Of a DNA stretch of 64,000 bases, positions 1 through 6,845 are shown in pieces (the stretch's first letter is position 1; each line of letters opens with the position of its first letter). A program made the translations under genes and the position numbers. Under the pieces are notes generated by a model. It saw only the letters and a list, made by a program, of their open reading frames with translations. It did no database searches and was not told the origin of the DNA. Origin of the DNA: Bythopirellula sp. (GTDB lineage Bacteria; Planctomycetota; Planctomycetia; Pirellulales; Lacipirellulaceae); assembly GCA_965216565.1 (NCBI GenBank), contig OZ244170.1:416001-480000 (forward strand). The letters are read 5' to 3'.

Positions 1-445
1 CTGCTACTACTAGCTTTGCAGGAACCAGTTCAGAGCCACCTTTGCCAATACGTGCATACGCAACATTATCTTCTATATATTTTACCGCACGTCTTACGGC
101 AGCTAAGTGAGCTTTCTGTAGTTTAGTTCGGGCATCCGGCTCCAGCTGTGCCCAAAGGACACTCACAGACTTAGGAGCGGAGAAGGTGAGATCCCAGCCT
201 GGTTTTCGCTCTAGTTTGCCACTAGTTTTACCAGCGTTTTGAACCAACGCTTTACCCTCTGGGGAAAAGCCTCGCATTAGCTGCTTTAGCTGCTCAGGCT
301 CAACTGTGCCACCTAGCTTCAGATGTCTACACCCTTCCCCTAGCCAACGGCCTTCAGGTTCACCACCTTCAAGGTAGTAATCCTCGACCGCTAGCGAGAG
401 ATAATACTTTTCTCCGCCTAGCGACATGTGAGAAATCGAAAGCAT
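1..445 (-). CDS. mobF: MobF/TrwC-family conjugative relaxase, N-terminal part (runs off the window start)
   Basis: Manual translation from ATG at 445 gives MLSISHMSLGGEKYYLSLAVEDYYLEGGEPEGRWLGEG...RKPGWDLTFSAPKSVSVLWAQ, with the YY/DYY catalytic tyrosines and DLTFSAPKSVS motif of TrwC/TraI. Not in the ORF track because it is truncated. Confidence 0.93.
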   Translation of the reverse strand, partial: MLSISHMSLGGEKYYLSLAVEDYYLEGGEPEGRWLGEGCRHLKLGGTVEPEQLKQLMRGFSPEGKALVQNAGKTSGKLERKPGWDLTFSAPKSVSVLWAQLEPDARTKLQKAHLAAVRRAVKYIEDNVAYARIGKGGSELVPAKLVVA

Positions 446-454
446 CTCTTCTAA

Positions 455-958
455 CTACTTTTCTGGTGGTGCCGACCTCCTGGTCTTCTTAGGTACAGCG
501 GCATCTGCCATTGATGCTGCCATCGCTATCCATTCTTGCTGTGGTTTCTTCTCGTACGCTGCTGGTCGCAGGTGTTTTAACAGGGTAAATAATGCTCTTC
601 CTAAGTCCCCCCTAGAAATTAGATTTTCAGCATCAGGAGTCTGAGACTGATTCCGAGGTTCAGCATCCTGAAGCTTCACTAAACCAGTTATTACAGCCTC
701 AGCGTGGGACTTCTGAACTTTGCGAAGGGACTCCTGCTCTCGTCGGATTTGAACAACATCATCAAACAATTGTTCAAACTGGTCTCTGACGGCCTTAACT
801 TCATGGAAGAGCTGGCTATCTTGCTCATCTTCTAGAAGATGGCTACTCATGATCTGCTCTGTGTATTTAGTCTTTGACAGGCCTGCAGCAGCAGCCCGTT
901 TTAGGAGGATATTGTGAGCATCTTCTGGGAGTCGATATGAGGTTGAGTGGGATGCCAT
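455..958 (-). CDS. Relaxosome accessory protein, ribbon-helix-helix-like N-terminus plus coiled coil (TrwA/MobC-like)
   Basis: TSYRLPEDAHNILLKRAAAAGLSKTKYTEQIM has RHH pattern; stop lies 9 bp upstream of the relaxase ATG; ATG at 958 chosen (track start 967). Confidence 0.6.
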   Translation of the reverse strand: MASHSTSYRLPEDAHNILLKRAAAAGLSKTKYTEQIMSSHLLEDEQDSQLFHEVKAVRDQFEQLFDDVVQIRREQESLRKVQKSHAEAVITGLVKLQDAEPRNQSQTPDAENLISRGDLGRALFTLLKHLRPAAYEKKPQQEWIAMAASMADAAVPKKTRRSAPPEK

Positions 959-967
959 GCTGCACAC

Positions 968-1360
968 CCTGTATACGCCTAGAAAATAGGGATATTCTTA
1001 GTGAAGAGGACTATTCTGTGTGCAAGTTGCACCCAGCCTAAACCTAACCAATAGCGAAGCATGCGACAAGAATGTAAACAAAAAGCGGTACCGTAGGTGC
1101 ATTCAGGTGTGGAGTATTCTGTGAGTGAAACGAGCAGAATACTCAGTTAGGCAATTGGCAGTGGAGGTGCCAATTGCAGTGCCGAGCAAGGATTGTGAGG
1201 CACGTAAGCTAAGGCTGATATGGAGGCCAGAGGAGGGGAGTTCCAGGCCTTCAGAGTGGGGCTCTGAAGGCCTGATTAACTGTGGGCCAATGAAGACAAA
1301 GACATGAGTATAGGGTGCGTAAGGGGGCAAGCTAGAGCTAGCAACGGAGTGCCTATGGGC
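968..1360. promoter_or_regulatory. Candidate oriT region
   Basis: Apparently non-coding gap directly upstream of the RHH-relaxase operon; inverted repeats GTGCAAgTTGCAC (~1020-1032), GAGTATTCTG..CAGAATACTC (1112-1144) and AGGCCTTCAGAG..CTCTGAAGGCCT (~1245-1273). The nic site was not identified. Confidence 0.5.
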
Positions 1361-1363
1361 TAG

Positions 1364-1807
1364 CTATCTGGGGCGAGCTGGAGCAGTTGAGTCGGCAAGT
1401 TCAGCTAAGCTATAGGAGCCGCCGTCATTGGCAAATTCTGGCTCAGAGAGTGCCTCAGTAAACCTTAGTGAGAGCCCCATTTTGGATTTGCCCTGGCTAG
1501 TGATGATTTCTTCTACCTTGGGCTTTAGCTCATCTTCTGTGAAGTTTTCACCATTAGCAAGCAAGGCCGAGATAGCTTCTACGACATCCTTCCTAGTAGG
1601 AGACGGCTTACCAGGGGAACGCTTCTTCCTACTCCCCGCCGTTTTCTTAATCGGCTTAGAGCTTAAAGCTGCAACACCTTCCTCAATTTGTGTTAGCTCC
1701 ACTAGAAGCTCACCCTCACGGGCTTTAACTTCCGTAAGCTCCGACAGTAGTCGCTCTCGTTCCTTCTCAAGCATAGACACTGCATCATCAATTACCTTAG
1801 TAGCCAT
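1364..1807 (-). CDS. Hypothetical protein (coiled coil, basic linker, possible winged-helix C-terminus)
   Basis: ATG 1807 with GAGGAG RBS; heptad N-terminus, KKTAGSRKKR linker, helical C-domain. Confidence 0.6.
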   Translation of the reverse strand: MATKVIDDAVSMLEKERERLLSELTEVKAREGELLVELTQIEEGVAALSSKPIKKTAGSRKKRSPGKPSPTRKDVVEAISALLANGENFTEDELKPKVEEIITSQGKSKMGLSLRFTEALSEPEFANDGGSYSLAELADSTAPARPR

Positions 1808-1965
1808 GAGATTAGGCTCCTCAGAAATAGGAGTAGGTGGCTTTGGTTTGGGAACAATTTCAGTGTAGTTAGGGGGATTGGTAATGAGAAGTAGCAAGAG
1901 TGCTATTAAAGGAAAATAATCGAAAGGGGAGGGAAGCCTCGCGGCCTCCCTCGGAACTAACTGAT

Positions 1966-2253
1966 TTAAGCAAGCAAGCCCATATTGCGAAGCATTCGCC
2001 GTACGCTGAGTGGATTTAGTCCAAAGAACTCACACACCACCTCAAAGGCAAGTGGTTCATTACTATTTGATTGAAACCAATCAACAGCCGACTGAAAGGC
2101 CTTTCCATGTTTAAAAGCTAGGTCACGCACAGCCCTATCAGTCACCCGAACCAGCAATTTATGTTCTGGTAGGCTGGGGCCTTTAAAGTGAATTGCCTCT
2201 AAGATGGTTAATGTACTTTCATGAAGGTCTAGTTTTTCTTGGGCTCCTACCAT
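1966..2253 (-). CDS. Hypothetical protein
   Basis: 95 aa ORF overlapping the upstream stop; AVRDL...DWF...FEVVCEFFGLNP pattern resembles mobile-element hypotheticals. Confidence 0.55.
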   Translation of the reverse strand: MVGAQEKLDLHESTLTILEAIHFKGPSLPEHKLLVRVTDRAVRDLAFKHGKAFQSAVDWFQSNSNEPLAFEVVCEFFGLNPLSVRRMLRNMGLLA

Positions 2254-2564
2254 TTCAACATACCTCCCAATAGAGCTAGGTTGCGAAGGCGAGAACCAAC
2301 AGTGTGCAACTTCTCGGCTACGCCCTTACAAAGAGCCTGGAAGTACAAAGAACGGACAAGCTTACAAACGGCACCTATAGAGCAATAAAGAGAATCATAT
2401 AGCTCCGTAAGTTGGCTATTGAACTCATGGCAGACCTGAGCATTCAGGTCACCTATATAGCGATGAAAATCAATCTCTGTCTCATAGGCTAGTTGTATTT
2501 CAGCTAGTTGCCGCTGAAGTTCTTCTTGTAGTACTGCGAGATGTTCTCCTGAATATTGATGCAT
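2247..2564 (-). CDS. Small helical hypothetical protein, paralog of 2615-2920
   Basis: AGGAG RBS; shares EI.xHRxxGxLxAxxC with the neighbouring gene. Confidence 0.6.
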   Translation of the reverse strand: MHQYSGEHLAVLQEELQRQLAEIQLAYETEIDFHRYIGDLNAQVCHEFNSQLTELYDSLYCSIGAVCKLVRSLYFQALCKGVAEKLHTVGSRLRNLALLGGMLKW

Positions 2565-2570
2565 AGTAGA

Positions 2571-2617
2571 TACTCCTAAAAAAAGTGGCTGGGTAAATCC
2601 CAGCCAGATATTGCTTA
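2571..2617. repeat. Intergenic hairpin/RBS repeat, copy 1
   Basis: TACTCC..GGCTGGG-loop-CCCAGCCAGxTATTGCTTA, similar to 2925-2978. Confidence 0.8.
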
Positions 2618-2920
2618 GCCTCTTAGAACTAACCTGCTAACCAAGTGCTTTCGTAAGTCAATCATGGCCTCAGTTACCACACGCAACACAAACCTGCGTG
2701 AAATAACAAGGGCCTTAGACTTTATCTCCTTGCTTGATTTCTGCAGAAGGTTGTGGACACCAAAGAGTTCTTTTTTTAGCCTTCTGCAAGTAAAGGCATC
2801 TAGTGAGCCTTGAACCCTATGGCGTTCTATCTCACCCTCTACCGAATGAAGAATGCCTAAAAGCTCGTGCTCAACTGAAGCTATCTGGCGACGTAAATGG
2901 ATTATGTTTTCTCTGTTCAT
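2615..2920 (-). CDS. Small helical hypothetical protein, paralog of 2247-2564
   Basis: AAGGAG RBS; EGEIERHRVQGSLDAFTC vs ETEIDFHRYIGDLNAQVC. Confidence 0.6.
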   Translation of the reverse strand: MNRENIIHLRRQIASVEHELLGILHSVEGEIERHRVQGSLDAFTCRRLKKELFGVHNLLQKSSKEIKSKALVISRRFVLRVVTEAMIDLRKHLVSRLVLRG

Positions 2921-2924
2921 CGAA

Positions 2925-2978
2925 TACTCCTTAAGAAAGTAAAGAAGGCTGGGCCGAAACCCAGCCAGGTATTGCTTA
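2925..2978. repeat. Intergenic hairpin/RBS repeat, copy 2
   Basis: TACTCC..GGCTGGGccgaaaCCCAGCCAGGTATTGCTTA. Confidence 0.8.
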
Positions 2979-3371
2979 GGCGGTTACATCTGAAGGTGCT
3001 ACGTAGGCCGAACCAGCAAGAGAAGTATCCACTGATGGAGGTAGCTGTTGTGGACTAAGCTTATTCTTTAGCTCTCTAATCTTTTCCTTGGCTTTGTAAG
3101 CAGCCTCAATCACCTCATCTAGCTCATCCTCAGAGACAGAACAGGGCTTGAACTGCCCTGTGTTCTCATCCTTGTACCAACGAACAATAGGTGAGGCCTT
3201 GTAGTAGACAGAGCCATCTTGCTTGTTGATGTTCTCAAAGATTCTCACCTTAAAGCGGCCTACTTTGACAAAAGGCGTTTCCCCTGTCGCTTGTCCCGCT
3301 TCGCCTCTTCCATTATCAGCTAGACCGTTGTTTGAGTTTTTCTCTGCTGGGTTCTTCTGCGTATTTGTCAT
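2976..3371 (-). CDS. Putative ssDNA-binding protein (PC4/SpoVG-like topology)
   Basis: ATG 3371 with GGAG RBS; beta-strands KVGRFKVRIFEN..VYYKAS..RWYKDENTGQFK followed by a helix and an unstructured tail. The fold is inferred. Confidence 0.45.
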   Translation of the reverse strand: MTNTQKNPAEKNSNNGLADNGRGEAGQATGETPFVKVGRFKVRIFENINKQDGSVYYKASPIVRWYKDENTGQFKPCSVSEDELDEVIEAAYKAKEKIRELKNKLSPQQLPPSVDTSLAGSAYVAPSDVTA

Positions 3372-3629
3372 GGTGAATTCTCCAATAAAATAAATAAAAG
3401 GTTTCATCTTCATGCGAGTTGAAAAGCGGGCCTGTTCTGGCTGTCAACAATTTTCGGCGGAGCGTAGCGAGCACTAAAAATGTTGAAGGCAACGATTAGA
3501 AGTAGCTGCCGCCAGCCAAAGAACAGGTCTGCTCAACTTGAGCAGTGAAAGGGAAACTTTTCTTTATGGAGAAGGAGGAAGTGGCAAATACCTAGAGAAG
3601 CCAGGTGAACAGGAAAAACTCAAACAATG
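3326..3629 (+). promoter_or_regulatory. ~300 nt imperfect inverted repeat, candidate ssDNA promoter (Frpo/ssi-like)
   Basis: 3326-3342 pairs with 3613-3629 and 3425-3443 with 3513-3533, with further arms between; apical GGAGCGTAGCGAGC; several mismatches are G.T on the + strand. Confidence 0.7.
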
Positions 3630-3773
3630 GGCACTCCAACCGCTTTTGTCTCCTCGTACGGTGATCTATCGAGTGGCTAGCAAGAAGATGCACCGATTAG
3701 AACTGCCTGGTGGATTGGTAGGTTCAAATTATGCGATGCATATTTTGAAGAGGTATGCATCTCACTCGCTGGG

Positions 3774-4136
3774 TTACCACCAAGAGTCATAGTAAACCAC
3801 GAGCCCATTTGAGATTGCTTTCCGAGCTTTAGCAATGAAATGTAAGTCATCCTCAATTTCAGTGCCGTCAGATATGCCAAAGAAGAACCCTGATGTCCAT
3901 GGAAGTCGTGATGATTTAATGTCCGACTCTAATCTTCCAAGGTCTTTAATCGTTAAGGCGACTTTTGCACAGTTAAACTGCTTAATGCCGCCTTTCTCAT
4001 AGTAAAGTTCCTCCATCCATCCGTGGAGGTCAGGGTGCTTTCGCCACTCGTGAAGACAGCGGTGCGGCTCAACATCAAAGTCCACTTCGTCAGTAATAAC
4101 ATCGGATGTTGTCCATGCGTACATATCAAGTCCCAT
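3774..4136 (-). CDS. Conserved phage/plasmid hypothetical protein (MGLDMY...WRKHPDLHGWME...YYDSWW family)
   Basis: Recognisable motif set; GGAGG RBS. Confidence 0.7.
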   Translation of the reverse strand: MGLDMYAWTTSDVITDEVDFDVEPHRCLHEWRKHPDLHGWMEELYYEKGGIKQFNCAKVALTIKDLGRLESDIKSSRLPWTSGFFFGISDGTEIEDDLHFIAKARKAISNGLVVYYDSWW

Positions 4137-4316
4137 TTATTTCCTCCAAAAAAGTTTTGTCCTTACACCCACCGGGTGAGGACAAAACTAGAATCGAGGA
4201 CGCGAGCTTAGCGTGAGCTATTTGGAAATGGCGAGGTAGGGGAGAGAGCCATCGCATAGTCAATGAGAAGGGTTAGCACTAAAAACGAACTATGCCAGAA
4301 CCGTTTAGGCTACAAG

Positions 4317-4624
4317 ACAGAGAAAGCAACACGGAGTGAGCATCGAGCCGTGGCGGTTGCTATTGCAATGAAGCTGCCTTTTCGCAGTTAGGCGACCCAT
4401 TTTCATCGATAATGGTTTGAGCGAACCGTTATAGGTCCCCCCAGAAATGTCGTGCTCTGAAATCGCGAAGTATTAAACGAGCCTGGAACCATGTCAGTAG
4501 TGCTAAATAGCTGCACATGATCTGAACCAAAGCGACCATAGAGGATAGCTCCACAAATAAGAAGGACGAGATAGGCCCTAAGTTCCCGCTCAGCATTTGC
4601 TATTGCCTGAGTATTCACCTCCAT
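4317..4624 (-). pseudogene. Degenerate duplicate of 5198-5508 (frameshifted paralog plus downstream hairpin)
   Basis: Aligns by eye over ~310 bp with 5198-5508; YGRFGSDHVQLF vs YGRFDSVDVQLF, then a small deletion near 4485 shifts the frame. Confidence 0.75.
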
Positions 4625-4671
4625 TCGTATTCAATTCAACGTGAATTCCTACTTTTTTAGTCTCTCCCCTA

Positions 4672-4998
4672 TTAACTTGCATCATTAACAAGAGCTTTCT
4701 TTTCGTCTAGGAATTCTTGGGCAAGGGTTTCGAGTGCCATCCAGCAGTCGCAGTCTGAATACTCCTTCTCAATACACCGAGCGATTCGCTGCATGTCATC
4801 GTCAGTAAATGTTCGAGCGTCGTCTTTCGATAATACGCACAGCAGATCATTCCGGCAGAGGGACGAAATCTCAAATGGCTTGCTCCAAAAATGCACTTCA
4901 TCTGATACCGGCGAGGGTTTGCGGGTGGCAGCATCAGTGATTGCATCGATAGTTGCTTCTTCACTTTGGCTATTTTCCGTTAGTTTTTTAGTGGCCAT
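4672..4998 (-). CDS. Small acidic hypothetical protein, paralog of 5251-5508
   Basis: GAGGAG RBS; SLCRNDL..FTDDDMQRIAR..W..LETLAQEFLDEKK matches SICRADL..FTYPDMLRLAR..WNDLERFAQTILDEKK. Confidence 0.7.
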   Translation of the reverse strand: MATKKLTENSQSEEATIDAITDAATRKPSPVSDEVHFWSKPFEISSLCRNDLLCVLSKDDARTFTDDDMQRIARCIEKEYSDCDCWMALETLAQEFLDEKKALVNDAS

Positions 4999-5250
4999 TT
5001 AATACTCCTCAATTGGATATCAATGTTTGCCCTTCTAGGTGATGTAGTTTTCATTTTGCAGTTCCTAAATAAGAATAGTCCTTTCGCCTCTTGGGGAAGG
5101 ACTATTCTGCCTAATAAGTCGGATACGATGCTGGAGAGCATTTCATTATTATGGTGAGAATCAAGGAACGACGTTGCATAGCAATGCACGTTAAAGAACA
5201 GAGAAAGCAACACGGAGTGAGGCATCGAGCCGTGGCGGTTGCTATTTCGA

Positions 5251-5508
5251 TTAAGCTGCCTCTTTGAAGTTAGGCGACTTTTTTTCATCGAGTATGGTTT
5301 GTGCGAACCGTTCTAGGTCGTTCCAGAAATGCCGTGCTCTGTAGGCATCGTGCATTAAACGAGCCAAGCGAAGCATATCGGGATAGGTAAACAGCTGCAC
5401 ATCAACCGAATCAAAGCGACCATAAAGATCAGCTCTGCAAATCGAAATCACCGGATAGGCTTTAAGCTCAATTTCAACGTCTGTTGCTGCCTGAGTATCT
5501 TTCTTCAT
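5251..5508 (-). CDS. Small hypothetical protein, paralog of 4672-4998
   Basis: GGGAG RBS; paralogy as above. Confidence 0.7.
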   Translation of the reverse strand: MKKDTQAATDVEIELKAYPVISICRADLYGRFDSVDVQLFTYPDMLRLARLMHDAYRARHFWNDLERFAQTILDEKKSPNFKEAA

Positions 5509-5541
5509 CGTTCACTCCCAAATTACAGTCGCTCCGCGTCG

Positions 5542-6216
5542 CTATTTCTTTCTTTTCCGAAGCACAAGGCATACATCATGAACTCTCGGTATGAATGAGA
5601 AATGATACGTGCGGTTAGTGGAAGTAGCTCCGTGACTAAGCCGAATAATCTCTGGACACGCCAGCTCAAGCCCTACTTGTGTTGCTACACACCACGTGCG
5701 AAATGGAAGGGCATCGTAAGAGCCTCGGCAGGTTCTATCACCAATTAGAATTGCAATATGGCCGTATGGAGAAAGCGTGTCTGCACAATTTTGTAAGACT
5801 GCTTTTAGTTTTACTAGAAACGAGTTCACGTCTTTGCAGCGAGACAAACATCTTGGGTCATCTTGGTACTTGATCAAAGTGTGATAGGGAGGGTGAAGCC
5901 ACACCATATCAAACTCTAGTAAGCCACTAAAGCTACTTGGCTCAGCTGCATCAAAGTCATCTTTTAAGTCAAATCCTTGATAGCGAATATCGAGAGACTC
6001 TGCGACATCCCGTGCAGTGCCTCCCCCTTGCATTGGGTCAAGTAGGTTTCGAGGTTTGAAGTAGTTGAGTAGGTCTCTAATCAGGAGCCCCGAACAATTA
6101 CCGCGATAACTTGGGTCGCCAAAATCACCTCTACCTTCTTCAGCATGGATACTGCATAGCGTTGGAACAGGGCTTGTAGTATTCGGAATTTCAAGAGGGA
6201 CTGTTAGTGTCGTCAT
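5542..6216 (-). CDS. Orphan amino (N4-C/N6-A) DNA methyltransferase
   Basis: Motif I DPMQGGGT before motif IV HPPY; YRGNCSG N-terminal motif; ATG 6216 with GGAGA RBS; no cognate endonuclease adjacent. Confidence 0.8.
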   Translation of the reverse strand: MTTLTVPLEIPNTTSPVPTLCSIHAEEGRGDFGDPSYRGNCSGLLIRDLLNYFKPRNLLDPMQGGGTARDVAESLDIRYQGFDLKDDFDAAEPSSFSGLLEFDMVWLHPPYHTLIKYQDDPRCLSRCKDVNSFLVKLKAVLQNCADTLSPYGHIAILIGDRTCRGSYDALPFRTWCVATQVGLELACPEIIRLSHGATSTNRTYHFSFIPRVHDVCLVLRKRKK

Positions 6217-6393
6217 AGGGTATATCTCCAAAAAAATGTTTGTCCTTTTGCCCTTTTGCAAAGGACAAACATTTACCGCTACCCGTAACAACTATGAGAA
6301 AAGCGAAATGGGCGTGTTATGCAACACGTGTGTACTAGCCAGCATAATGCTGATGTAGGGCCAGCTTGAAATGACGAAGCTGAGCAAGGCGTT

Positions 6394-6825
6394 ATGGAGG
6401 ATGCTATGCAGGTCTTAAAAGGCACAAAAGGAAGTGAGTCTCGGCGGGACGATTCAACGCGAGCCGTAGAGCCTAAGGGGACTGCCGTTGAAGGGGCACT
6501 GTTTGAGCGGCTAACTGAAAGTAAAATTGGAGACCTTATGTGCGAGGGACGATGCCTAAGGGACTACATATCTCATCAAACAAGTGATGGAATCTCAGTT
6601 GTGACTGATAGTGATTTGATGATTTTCTTACACGGGGAGCAGAATTGGTTCCGTGTCGATTTCGATGAAACAGCGGCTGACATCAATGATTGGGTAAAGA
6701 AAAACGACGGGTTCTACTACGAGTATTCAGCACCGAGTTACCAGGGGCAGGGGCATCGTGACACAGCGATTGCAGAGGCCCGCGAACAAGGTAGAAAAGT
6801 TGTCGTGATTTGCAATTTAGGCTAA
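6394..6825 (+). CDS. Hypothetical protein (start uncertain)
   Basis: 143 aa ORF; its 5' part overlaps a structured region, so the true start may be downstream. Confidence 0.35.
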   Translation: MEDAMQVLKGTKGSESRRDDSTRAVEPKGTAVEGALFERLTESKIGDLMCEGRCLRDYISHQTSDGISVVTDSDLMIFLHGEQNWFRVDFDETAADINDWVKKNDGFYYEYSAPSYQGQGHRDTAIAEAREQGRKVVVICNLG

Positions 6826-6845
6826 TCGCCGGAGAGTCGCGTTGC

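Noticed and set aside
1103..1330. Short ORFs on both strands in the oriT gap; also 3538-3792 and 4980-5288
   Set aside because: No convincing RBS or protein motifs; they overlap hairpin-rich regulatory DNA or real genes.
2571..2978. CRISPR array or integron attC sites
   Set aside because: Only two copies separated by a gene; no cas or intI genes; no attC core sites recognised.
4317..5508. DGR template/variable repeat pair
   Set aside because: Mismatches are not adenine-specific, include indels, and no reverse transcriptase is in the window.
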